Assembly (NCBI GenBank): GCA_963772365.1
Contig: CAVYXA010000003.1
Span: 288,001 to 352,000 of the forward strand
Direction: 5' to 3'
Length of the DNA: 64,000 nucleotides
From: an uncultured Verrucomicrobiae bacterium
GTDB lineage: Bacteria; Verrucomicrobiota; Verrucomicrobiia; Chthoniobacterales; UBA10450
The translations under genes were made by a program, and so were the position numbers. Positions 50,239 to 59,406 of this stretch are shown piece after piece. The notes under the pieces were generated by a model that saw only the letters and a program-made list of their open reading frames with translations, did not search any database and was not told the origin of the DNA. The first letter of the stretch is position 1, and the number at the start of each line of letters is the position of its first letter.

Positions 50239-51399
50239 TCATGCGATGGCAGTTCGTCGTTTTCTGGCGAACCCGACTAAATGAAAACCAAATTGCACTA
50301 GCAAACCCACAGCTACGATCACGCAAGCGACATACGGCGCGAGGAAGCTCGGGTTATGCACGACCTGCAGGATCGTGGCCGAATCGTCCTTTTGAAATCC
50401 TGCCTGATAAAATGTCTCCCCGCGATATCGCAACGGATGATTCATATAGATCAGCACATCTCGATTTACCGATTTCTCCGGATCGATCAATGTGACTTTG
50501 CTGGAAAAATCCTTCGGAATGTCGGTGCCTGCGTAGCGGGCGTGGGTGAACTTCTGCAGCGTGACACTATAAGGGTGATAGTAACGAGCAGACCGCATTG
50601 CGATCCTCCAGGTGCGTCCATCGCAGGAAAACGTCTGGGGAGCGCCCAGTGCGTCCGAAACCAGCCAGGTACCGAGTGATTCCCCGGATTTTTTAGAAAC
50701 GATTTCAATCGCCGCGCTTGGCACATCGCGTTCGTCGATACCAGTGGCGCGCAGAGCCGGTTCAACCGCAATCATCGCACCCGGGCCTTTATTGGCGATC
50801 GGCCGCACGTCGCTGTCCGATTGACTCGCCATTTTCAATCTGGAATTTTGGTAATAATTCCTTACTACGATTCGAAACGGCAGACTCTCATGATCGATGA
50901 TGCGATCGTGTTCCAACACCGTTTGGGGAATTGCGGTCACCTGATCAAAATCGCTGTTGCTCGTCTCGATCACAGCCAATTCCACGGCTATTCCGTCCTC
51001 GGTGTAATTTTTCGTATCACCCCGGGAAAGCTGCATGTGACTCTCAACAGCAAAGAGGTCGGTGAACAGACCGCCCGCCAGCATGATGATCAAACCGGCA
51101 TGAGTGAGATGAATGCCTAGTTTGCGCCACGCCCAACGAAATCGTTTTGCATGAGCGGCGATAAGATTGACCAGCAACACAGCGCCGATGAGATGACCTC
51201 CGGGGAAGACCGGAATCTGAAATCCACGACTTTCCGCCGGCCACCAGATCAACATGCTCTGGAAATAGCGCTGCTGTGCTTCATGTGTGCCGAGATGGAC
51301 TTGCGCGATTGTCCCAGCGAAAATGAGGGCCATCGCTGCCGCCAGACAAACGATCGTCAGCTTGAGAGAAGTGAGAACATCAATGAATCGGCGCCACAT
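50239..51399 (-). CDS. ResB/CcsB-like cytochrome c biogenesis protein
   Basis: SLKLT, GTIAQ, GIHLTHAG, PKDFSS, IYMNHPLRYRGETFYQ; next to ccsA. Confidence 0.85.
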   Translation of the reverse strand: MWRRFIDVLTSLKLTIVCLAAAMALIFAGTIAQVHLGTHEAQQRYFQSMLIWWPAESRGFQIPVFPGGHLIGAVLLVNLIAAHAKRFRWAWRKLGIHLTHAGLIIMLAGGLFTDLFAVESHMQLSRGDTKNYTEDGIAVELAVIETSNSDFDQVTAIPQTVLEHDRIIDHESLPFRIVVRNYYQNSRLKMASQSDSDVRPIANKGPGAMIAVEPALRATGIDERDVPSAAIEIVSKKSGESLGTWLVSDALGAPQTFSCDGRTWRIAMRSARYYHPYSVTLQKFTHARYAGTDIPKDFSSKVTLIDPEKSVNRDVLIYMNHPLRYRGETFYQAGFQKDDSATILQVVHNPSFLAPYVACVIVAVGLLVQFGFHLVGFARKRRTAIA

Positions 51400-51405
51400 G
51401 TTTCG

Positions 51406-52485
51406 TCAGGAATTAAACTGAATCGAGCGGACAAAATCGAAGAATTTCGGTTTTTCTTTTTCCACCGCGGCATTGGACCCGGTCATTTTGAAAAACCAGA
51501 CGCGGCCATCGCGGCGTGTCCAGGCAGCGACCGTGCGGTTTTCCGGGCCGGCAATATCCGTGGTTGAAAAATCTGTCTCTTCTGTTTTCAGCGGATTGAT
51601 TTCGGAAGTTACAGCGTTTTCATCAGCCGGCGCCAGACCGATCTGTCGTCGCCAACGATTAATGTTATCGACGTCGCTTCCGCCGTCTCCGGGAAAAGTA
51701 ACAACAGAAATGTCGATCTTACCGCCATTGTCGCCCGCGGTGCTGAAGCTAGCGTAGCGCATGGTGGAGGGCGGAACCTGCGTCCAATCTTTCGGAGTTT
51801 GCCATTTGATCTGTGGCGGGGCCGAACTCTCCGGCATGGCTGCCATTTCCGGCGATTTATTTTCTGTTTGTGCGTTGCAGACGGCTGCGACCCATTTAAT
51901 GAAATCCAGCTTTTGCTCCTCGGTCAGCTCTGAATTGCCACGGATTTTGAAAAATAGAGTTGCGGTACTCGTAGGCGCGATGCCGGCAATGATCCGGCCA
52001 TCTTTGGCCGGGTCGCCTTCTTTGGGTAGCCCGGTAAGATCGACAATGGTTACCGGACCGATTGATGTAGTAAGCTGTTGGGTGATCTCGTTCAGTTTTT
52101 GCTCGTTGATCGGTGGCTGATCAAGTTGATTGAGCCAGCGATTCACATTCTCGAGCACATTGGCTGCAGCCGGTCCAAGGCTCACCAGTGAAATGTCTGC
52201 GGCTGTGCCATGCTCGCCTTTGACGAGAAAACTGGCCTGCCGCATCTCCGAAAGCGGCTGCGGTTGCCACTTTGGCGGTCTGCTTACAGAGTTCGAAGAG
52301 ACCGGCGCGGCCATCTCTCCCGAAAGCGATGGGGAGGGACCATTGGTCGGCATCGCATTTTGCTGTTCCGGCCCCGAATCTTCCAATGGGGCTTTGGAAA
52401 CACGGTAAACTTTTATTTCCGACTTCTGATCGCAGCTCGCGAGGAGCAGTGCGAACGACGCCAGCCAAACCAAATCCCTTTTCAT
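51406..52485 (-). CDS. Hypothetical lipoprotein with an internal domain duplication
   Basis: Lipobox LAS|C; two copies of P..W....MR.ASF...DIS.V......N.NRW..Q...FFK..G. Confidence 0.75.
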   Translation of the reverse strand: MKRDLVWLASFALLLASCDQKSEIKVYRVSKAPLEDSGPEQQNAMPTNGPSPSLSGEMAAPVSSNSVSRPPKWQPQPLSEMRQASFLVKGEHGTAADISLVSLGPAAANVLENVNRWLNQLDQPPINEQKLNEITQQLTTSIGPVTIVDLTGLPKEGDPAKDGRIIAGIAPTSTATLFFKIRGNSELTEEQKLDFIKWVAAVCNAQTENKSPEMAAMPESSAPPQIKWQTPKDWTQVPPSTMRYASFSTAGDNGGKIDISVVTFPGDGGSDVDNINRWRRQIGLAPADENAVTSEINPLKTEETDFSTTDIAGPENRTVAAWTRRDGRVWFFKMTGSNAAVEKEKPKFFDFVRSIQFNS

Positions 52486-52489
52486 CCAA

Positions 52490-52800
52490 CTATTTTTGAA
52501 TCCCGCCTGTGTGGCACTCCGCGCATGAAAACTCGGAGTATGGGGCATCAATATGCACAAAATCGAACCCCTGGGCATTTATTTGATTCATTGCGGCCGC
52601 GCCGCTGCCTTGGGCGAGAATGAGATGGCACGATTTGCAATCGCTGGCTTGGATCGAGTTTTTCCCATCAGTAGCAACGTGTTTGCCATCGTGGCAACGG
52701 AAGCACCCATTCCAATTTTTGTGACCGACAAAATCGGGGTGTGTGCGCCAATCGACTTTGACCTCCGGGAAAAAATTCGCGCGATAGATCTCCAGCGTTT
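52490..52800 (-). pseudogene. 3' fragment of a multiheme c-type cytochrome
   Basis: IYRANFFPEVK, CFRCH, CKSCH, CAECH; upstream coding sequence absent. Confidence 0.8.
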
Positions 52801-52901
52801 GAAGTTTGCAAAAGACGGGGCGCGAACAATTCCAGAGATTCGTAAAGATTCTGGTATGATCTTTGCGCGTTCTCTGAAAGAATGCTAAGAAACCGTTGCC
52901 G

Positions 52902-53258
52902 ATGGAAAAGATAAGATCGACATCGATATCATTGTTGATTGCGCTGGCGTTGGGTACGTCGGTCACGCCGCTTTCCGCGCACGATTGTATCTTTCCTCAA
53001 GCTTCTGCCAAACAGGTTTGTGCGAAGACCTGTTGCTCGGTGAAAGCATGCTGCGCCAAACCGGCCAAGGAGGATTCTTCGGCGGCGCAACCGCTCGCAA
53101 CCAATCCAACGGGACCGCAGTTTTTCTTTACTGGTTCTGCAAGCGTCGGAACAATCACTTACAATTTTCAGTCGGCCACTTCTCCTCTGGATCAGAGCGA
53201 ATTGAGGCCCGCAAACTCGCGGCTCCAACGAGCCCTTCTCTGCACGTTTCTTATCTGA
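52902..53258 (+). CDS. Exported Cys-rich leader protein upstream of the cus operon
   Basis: Signal peptide, CAKTCC..KACC cluster, C-terminal RALLCTFLI. Confidence 0.7.
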   Translation: MEKIRSTSISLLIALALGTSVTPLSAHDCIFPQASAKQVCAKTCCSVKACCAKPAKEDSSAAQPLATNPTGPQFFFTGSASVGTITYNFQSATSPLDQSELRPANSRLQRALLCTFLI

Positions 53259-53338
53259 TTCGGGAGCGCTGACAGGCGCAGTGTGCCCATCGCCCGGCAC
53301 TCACTCTTCGAGCTCACATCGCTCGGACCCCGAATCTT

Positions 53339-54613
53339 ATGAAAAGAATTTACGTTTTAGTTTTTTGCAGCTTAATCATTAGCAAATTCGTTAACGCTGA
53401 GCCAGTCGACAGGCTGGTGAGGGAAGTCTTGCGCCAAAATCCGGCATTAGCGGCCGCTCGCGCAAAATGGGAGGCGCTCCGGGAGCGGCCAACAATCGTC
53501 GGGTCGCTTCCCGATCCGACGGTGAGCTACGGCTATTTCTTCGACAATGTGGAAACTCGGGTTGGTGCGCAGAATCAAAGAGTCGGCGCATCGCAAAAGA
53601 TTCCGTTTCCCGCCAAGTTGTCGCTTGCCGCAAAAAAAGCGCGGCAGGAAGCGATCATCGCCAGGTGGGAATATCAGACGCTTGCGCGCGAGCTGATTCT
53701 GCGAGCGAAGATTGCCTACTACGATCTCTATCAAGTCGAGCGTTCGCGAGAGATCGTTAACTCTGAATTATCGCTTCTCGGCGCGATTACCAAAACTAGT
53801 CAGGTTCGTTATGAAACGGGCGAGACGCAGCAGGCCGACGTGCTGAGAGCGCAGGTAACGACGTCGGAAATTCAAAAACAGTTACTCGAGCTTTCTCAAC
53901 AACGTGAAGCTGCGCGGGCGCGTTTGAACGCGCTGCGAAATGCCCCGCAAAGCTCGGCAATTGAAGTGAGTTCGGAACTGCAAAATGCCGCATTGCCTGA
54001 TCGCTCACGCGCAATCGCCATTGCCTTGCAATATCGCCAGGAATTGCAGCAGGCCGGAGTGGCAATCGAGCGCGACAAAACCGGCCTCTCTCTCGCGCGG
54101 ATGGACCGGATCCCGGACTTCAGCTTCGGCGTCGATTACACCCAGGTGAATTCGAACGTTTTCTCCAATCCTCCGGATAACGGACACGATGCGCTCATGG
54201 GGTCCGTCAGTGTGAGCGTTCCGATTTGGTTCTGGAAATTGAACGCGGAAGAGCGCGAGGCCGCAAGACATCTCGATCAGAGCCGGGCCGCGGCCGCCGA
54301 TGTTCGCAACAGTGTGGAGGCGGATGTGCAATCGGCTTGGTTCCGCGCGCAACTGTCGCACGATCAACTCCTACTCTACCGGCAAACGCTCGTGCCGCAG
54401 GCCCAGCAAAGTTTCGATGCTACCCGCGCTGGATATGAGTCGGCCAAAAATAACTTTATCGACTTGCTCGACAGCGAACGCGCGCTTCTGGCGTTGCGGC
54501 TGGGCGAAGTCATGAGCGAAGCCGACCTCGCTCGCGCGCTGGCCCAGCTTGAACGCGCCATCGGCGTGGATTTAAGCGTGATCGGGAAGCGGAAGGAGCA
54601 CGACTTAAAATGA
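53339..54613 (+). CDS. TolC/CusC-family outer membrane efflux protein
   Basis: NPALAAA, LPDP, SQKIPFPAK, SVPIW, GYE...FIDLLD OEP motifs. Confidence 0.92.
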   Translation: MKRIYVLVFCSLIISKFVNAEPVDRLVREVLRQNPALAAARAKWEALRERPTIVGSLPDPTVSYGYFFDNVETRVGAQNQRVGASQKIPFPAKLSLAAKKARQEAIIARWEYQTLARELILRAKIAYYDLYQVERSREIVNSELSLLGAITKTSQVRYETGETQQADVLRAQVTTSEIQKQLLELSQQREAARARLNALRNAPQSSAIEVSSELQNAALPDRSRAIAIALQYRQELQQAGVAIERDKTGLSLARMDRIPDFSFGVDYTQVNSNVFSNPPDNGHDALMGSVSVSVPIWFWKLNAEEREAARHLDQSRAAAADVRNSVEADVQSAWFRAQLSHDQLLLYRQTLVPQAQQSFDATRAGYESAKNNFIDLLDSERALLALRLGEVMSEADLARALAQLERAIGVDLSVIGKRKEHDLK

Positions 54614-56055
54614 AAACGCCCACATTGCTCATTACCTTTGTGCCAGATCGATTGGTAGGGCGCGATTGCCGATCGCGCCGCAACGCGCGAATGGTCGCGC
54701 GCCGCGACGGACGGCCCGGCGGTCCGTCCCTACCAATCATTCTGACGACCGTTTTACTTCTTTTGGGAACTTTTATTTCTGGCTGCTCGAAAAAAGAAGA
54801 ATCAATGATTTCGGATGAAAGCGGCGACCACAATCACTCGGTCCCGAGTTCGAAGCCTTCAAGCGGCAAGCAGCTTTACCAATGCTCGATGCATCCCAAC
54901 GTCATTTCGGATCAGCCGGGAAAATGCCCGATCTGCGGAATGGATTTACAACCGGTCAAACAGATCAAGGAGAAAGGAATTCAAGGTCGTGCTCCGGTCC
55001 AGCTGACAGGTGTGCAGCAGCAGTTGATCAACATTCGCGTCGCGCCGGTGGAACGTACCGAGGCAGCGCGAACAATTCGCGCCGTTGGTTCCATCACTTA
55101 CGACGAAACCAAGGTTGCCGATCTCAACAGCAAAGTGAAAGGCTGGGTCCAGAAACTGTATGTCGATAAGCCAGGACAATCGGTCGACATGGGCGAGCCG
55201 CTGATGGCGCTCTATAGCCCGGACCTTTACTCGACCCAGCAGGAATATTTGCTCGCCTATCAAAGACCACCCGGCTCCGGGAAAGCTGCGGGACTGAGCG
55301 CCCAAATGCGCAAATTCTCTTCCGAGAATAGCCAGGCCGAACGGTCGCTTCTTCAATCCGCACGAAAACGGCTGGAGCTTTGGGACATCAGCGCTGCCCA
55401 AATCAAAGCGCTGGAGGAATCCGCCACACCGAAAGACACGCTGGAACTTACTGCGCCCAGGAAAGGAGTCGTCGTGAAAAAAAATGTTTTTCCTAACCAG
55501 ATGATCAGTCCGGGCATGCTTCTCTATCGGATCGCGGATCTTTCCGAGGTTTGGCTCGATGCGGAGATCTATGAATATGAATTGCCGCTGATCCGGCTCG
55601 GCCAGAAAGCGGACATCAGTGTCGGTGCCTACCCGGACAAAACGTTCGAAGGCGAGATCTCGTTCATCTATCCATATCTGCAAGACAAAACGCGCACCGC
55701 CAAGGTGCGTCTCGTCTTGGAAAACCCCGGAGAACTGCTCAAGCCCGGCATGTATGCGAACGTAACGATCAAATCTGGTCTGGGCGATCAGCTCACGGTG
55801 CCGGCAAGCGCGATTTTCGACACCGGAACGCGGCAATATGTTTTCGTGCAGGTTCAAAACGGCGTTTTCGCGCCAAAGGAAATCAAGCTTGGTCCAAAGA
55901 GCGGCGAGCGCGTTGTCGTTACAAAAGGCCTAGAAGACGGCGAACAAGTGGTGGTGGATGGAAACTTTCTGCTCGACAGCGAGAGCCAACTCAAAGCCGC
56001 CGCAAACGGCAGCATGCAGATGCCCATGTCCCAAACAGAAGATCATCATCACTGA
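54610..56055 (+). CDS. cusB: CusB-like periplasmic adaptor with heavy-metal-binding domain
   Basis: YQCSMHP...PGKCPICGMDL, GWVQKL, YSPDL, LKPGMY, FLLDSES, C-terminal HHH. Confidence 0.9.
   Translation: MKTPTLLITFVPDRLVGRDCRSRRNARMVARRDGRPGGPSLPIILTTVLLLLGTFISGCSKKEESMISDESGDHNHSVPSSKPSSGKQLYQCSMHPNVISDQPGKCPICGMDLQPVKQIKEKGIQGRAPVQLTGVQQQLINIRVAPVERTEAARTIRAVGSITYDETKVADLNSKVKGWVQKLYVDKPGQSVDMGEPLMALYSPDLYSTQQEYLLAYQRPPGSGKAAGLSAQMRKFSSENSQAERSLLQSARKRLELWDISAAQIKALEESATPKDTLELTAPRKGVVVKKNVFPNQMISPGMLLYRIADLSEVWLDAEIYEYELPLIRLGQKADISVGAYPDKTFEGEISFIYPYLQDKTRTAKVRLVLENPGELLKPGMYANVTIKSGLGDQLTVPASAIFDTGTRQYVFVQVQNGVFAPKEIKLGPKSGERVVVTKGLEDGEQVVVDGNFLLDSESQLKAAANGSMQMPMSQTEDHHH
54650..54738. 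repeat. GTAG-type REP doublet inside the cusB 5' region
   Basis: GATTGGTAGGG...CCCTACCAATC terminal inverted repeat with GC-rich internal hairpins. Confidence 0.85.
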
Positions 56056-56067
56056 GAGTGAAGAGTC

Positions 56068-56146
56068 GAAACGGCGACGCGGCGAGGCGGAGAAGAAATA
56101 ATGAAGCAAAACGAAACGGTGAAACGGCGAATCGGTGAAACGGCGA
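56068..56146. repeat. 8-bp periodic AAACGG(C/T)G repeat spanning the cusA start
   Basis: GAAACGGCG, GAAACGGTG, AAACGGCG, AATCGGTG, AAACGGCG units. Confidence 0.6.
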
Positions 56147-59100
56147 GAAAACCGTCTGCCGCCTCAACGCTCACTGAGCGTCTCATCGCCTGGTGCGCCA
56201 ACAATCGTTTCCTGGTTTTGATCTGTGTTTTTTTCGCGATTGCTGCCGGGGTTTTTGCCATTCGAAACATTCCGCTGGATGCGATCCCGGACCTGTCTGA
56301 CGTGCAGGTGATCGTCTTTACGGAATGGCCGGGTCGTGCGCCGACCATTGTCGAAGATCAAGTCACGTATCCGATTGTCAGCACTCTCGCGGCGGCGCCG
56401 AAGGTGAAATATGCCCGCGGCCAAAGCTTTTTCGGGCTTTCGTTCGTGAACGTCATTTTCGAGGACGGCACCGACATCTACTGGGCGCGCTCGCGCGTTC
56501 TGGAATATCTCAACCAGGTCCGTAATCAGTTACCGGAAAATGTGAACCCTGTGCTGGGCCCGGACGCGACCGGTGTTGGTTGGGTTTACGAATACGCGCT
56601 GGTTGACGATTCGGGAAAGCACAGCCTGGCCGAGCTGCGATCGTTTCAAGATTGGAGGCTGCGCTATTACCTGCAAAACACCCCGGGCGTGGCGGAGGTG
56701 GCTTCGTTAGGCGGTTACGTCAATCAGTACCAGATCGATGTCGATCCTAACAAGCTGGTCGCGTTTCATATCCCGATCAATCGTTTGATCGAGGCCATTC
56801 GCGCCTCGAATAATGACGTCGGCGGGCGCGTGGTCCAATTCGGCGAAACCGAATACATGGTCCGCGGCGAGGGTTACATCAGGAACCTCGCCGACATTGA
56901 AAAAGTCGTGATCGGCACCGGCGACAACGGGGTGCCGGTCACCGTTACGGACGTCGCCAATGTCCATCGCGGCCCGGATATCCGGCGCGGCCTGCTCGAC
57001 CTGGATGGAAAGGGAGAAGCTGTTGGCGGCATCGTAGTCATGCGTTATGGCGAGAACGCGCTCCAGACCATTAATGCTGTCAAAAAGAAGCTCGCAGATT
57101 TCAAATCGTCCCTTCCTCCGGGCGTCCGCATCGTCACCGGTTACGATCGCTCCGATCTCATCAAGCGCGCGATTGCGACGCTGCGCTCGAAGTTGATCGA
57201 GGAAAGCATTATCGTTAGTCTGATCTGTCTTTTATTCCTATTCCATTTCCGCAGCGCTCTGGTCGCGATCCTGACGTTGCCTATCGCGATTCTGCTCTCG
57301 TTCATTCCGATGCACGCGCTCGGACTCTCATCGAATATCATGTCGTTAGGTGGAATCGCGATTGCCATTGGTGCGATGGTGGACGCAGCCATCGTCATGG
57401 TCGAGAACGCACACAAATGGCTCGAGCGATGGGAACATGCCCGATTGAAACGCGATCGGGAAGGACAAGCCGCTCTTTCTCCAGCCGAACTGGAAGTCGT
57501 GAATCTGAGTCGGGTTCGCGTGATCGTAAGAGCGGCACAACAGGTAGGCCGGCCGCTCTTTTTCTCACTGCTCATCATCACCGTTTCGTTTCTGCCCGTC
57601 TTCTCCCTGCAAGCCCAGTCCGGCCGGCTATTCAAGCCGCTGGCCTACACCAAGACTTTCGCCATGTTTTTTGCTGCGCTGCTTTCGATCACGCTCGCGC
57701 CGATCCTGATGGTCTGGTTCATTCGAGGGAAAATCCCCGACGAATCGAAAAATCCCATCAACCGTTTCCTGATCTGGATCTATCAACCGCTCGTTCGCCT
57801 GGTTCTGCGCCACCGCTGGGCCACGCTTGTGACCGCCGCTGTGATTCTCCTGCTAACTGTGATTCCGCATTCCCGGATCGGGTCGGAATTCATGCCGCCG
57901 CTAAACGAAGGAAGTCTTCTTTATATGCCGACTGCTGTGCCGGGCGTCGCGATCAGCGAGGCGAAACGAATTCTTCAGACGCAGGATCAGATCATTGCGA
58001 AGTATCCAGAAGTTGCACGCGTTTACGGTAAGGTGGGCCGCTCGCGCAGCGCGACGGATCCCGCCCCGCTGTCGATGGTCGAGACGGTCATCACCTTGAA
58101 GCCGGAAAATCAGTGGCGACACGGGATGACTTTCGACAAAATCAAACAGGAACTCGGGAAACGTCTTCCTTTCCCCGGTATGCCGGCGATCTGGTGGATG
58201 CCGATCCAGACTCGCATCGAGATGATGGCCACGGGAATTCGCAGTCAAATCGGCATCAAAGTGCTCGGCAGCGATTTGGCGAAGATCGAACAGATCGCAA
58301 CTCAAATCGAAGGTCTGCTCCGAGACGCGCCGCATACATCGTCGGCTTTCGCCGAACGCCTCACCGGAGGCTATTACGTCGATTTCAAAATCAAACGGGA
58401 CGCGATCGCCCGGTACGGCCTTCGCGTGAGCGATGTCCAAGATGTCATCGAAAGCGCCATTGGCGGGAAAAACATTTCCATGACGGTGGAAGGTCGCGAT
58501 CGCTTTCCGATCAACGTGAGGTATGCGCGTGATTTTCGCACGGACCTTCCGGCGTTGCGCCGCGTTCTGGTGGCGACGCCGGGCGGCGCACAGGTCCCGC
58601 TGGAACAGCTCGCGCAGATCGGACTTAGCACCGGACCACCTTCCATTCGTGATGAGAACGGTGTTTTGGCCGGCTTCGTTTTTGTAGACACGGCGGGAAT
58701 CGATCTTGGGACCTACGTCGAGAGCGCGAAGAAACTCATTGCCGCTCACGTAAAGCTGCCGCCCGGATACTACATTCAGTGGGGCGGCCAATATCAATAT
58801 CTGGTCAAGGCCCGTGAAAACCTTCGTATCGCCATCCCCATCACGCTTCTGATCATTTTCCTCCTCCTCTACCTAAACTTCCGCAATGTGACCGAAACGT
58901 TGATCGTGATGTTGAGCGTCCCGTTTGCGCTGGTCGGCGGAGTCTGGCTGCTCTATTTGCTGGGTTACAACTACAGCGCCGCGGTCGCAGTCGGTTTCAT
59001 CGCTCTGGCCGGTGTCGCGGCAGAAACCGGCGTTGTCATGATTGTTTACCTCGACGAAGCGTGGCAAGATTTGAAACATCGTATCGTCCATCCGCGCACG

Positions 59101-59406
59101 CACGACCTCTACGATGCGGTCATGATTGGCGCAGTCCAGCGCGTCCGGCCGAAGATGATGACCGTGATTGCGATCATTGCGGGTCTGCTTCCGATCATGT
59201 GGAGCCACGGTGCCGGCGCAGACACGATGAAACGCATCGCCGCGCCGATGGTGGGCGGCATGGTCAGTTCGACCATTCTGACGCTGCTGATTATTCCCGC
59301 CATTTACTTCCAGTGGCGGCGTCGGCAATTGGAGGACAGGAGCGAACAGGCCGCAGTTATCTCATCCGCCCAAGCATTTTCGCAGGAGGCTCAAGAGGTC
59401 CGATGA
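56101..59406 (+). CDS. cusA: CusA/SilA heavy-metal RND permease
   Basis: DAIPDLSDVQVI, LGPDATGVGW, GAMVDAAIVMVEN, YMP / APLSM / RIEM Met triad, RVRPKMMT. Confidence 0.95.
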   Translation: MKQNETVKRRIGETARKPSAASTLTERLIAWCANNRFLVLICVFFAIAAGVFAIRNIPLDAIPDLSDVQVIVFTEWPGRAPTIVEDQVTYPIVSTLAAAPKVKYARGQSFFGLSFVNVIFEDGTDIYWARSRVLEYLNQVRNQLPENVNPVLGPDATGVGWVYEYALVDDSGKHSLAELRSFQDWRLRYYLQNTPGVAEVASLGGYVNQYQIDVDPNKLVAFHIPINRLIEAIRASNNDVGGRVVQFGETEYMVRGEGYIRNLADIEKVVIGTGDNGVPVTVTDVANVHRGPDIRRGLLDLDGKGEAVGGIVVMRYGENALQTINAVKKKLADFKSSLPPGVRIVTGYDRSDLIKRAIATLRSKLIEESIIVSLICLLFLFHFRSALVAILTLPIAILLSFIPMHALGLSSNIMSLGGIAIAIGAMVDAAIVMVENAHKWLERWEHARLKRDREGQAALSPAELEVVNLSRVRVIVRAAQQVGRPLFFSLLIITVSFLPVFSLQAQSGRLFKPLAYTKTFAMFFAALLSITLAPILMVWFIRGKIPDESKNPINRFLIWIYQPLVRLVLRHRWATLVTAAVILLLTVIPHSRIGSEFMPPLNEGSLLYMPTAVPGVAISEAKRILQTQDQIIAKYPEVARVYGKVGRSRSATDPAPLSMVETVITLKPENQWRHGMTFDKIKQELGKRLPFPGMPAIWWMPIQTRIEMMATGIRSQIGIKVLGSDLAKIEQIATQIEGLLRDAPHTSSAFAERLTGGYYVDFKIKRDAIARYGLRVSDVQDVIESAIGGKNISMTVEGRDRFPINVRYARDFRTDLPALRRVLVATPGGAQVPLEQLAQIGLSTGPPSIRDENGVLAGFVFVDTAGIDLGTYVESAKKLIAAHVKLPPGYYIQWGGQYQYLVKARENLRIAIPITLLIIFLLLYLNFRNVTETLIVMLSVPFALVGGVWLLYLLGYNYSAAVAVGFIALAGVAAETGVVMIVYLDEAWQDLKHRIVHPRTHDLYDAVMIGAVQRVRPKMMTVIAIIAGLLPIMWSHGAGADTMKRIAAPMVGGMVSSTILTLLIIPAIYFQWRRRQLEDRSEQAAVISSAQAFSQEAQEVR

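Noticed and set aside
54946..58797. Long antisense ORFs (54946..55857, 57901..58797) and similar shadows elsewhere
   Set aside because: They lie opposite well-supported genes in GC-rich DNA and show no motifs
59061..59402. N-terminal extension of the 607-aa ORF (likewise upstream extensions at 15752, 6562, 11951, 52578)
   Set aside because: They overlap neighbouring genes; internal ATGs give proper signal peptides or family N-termini
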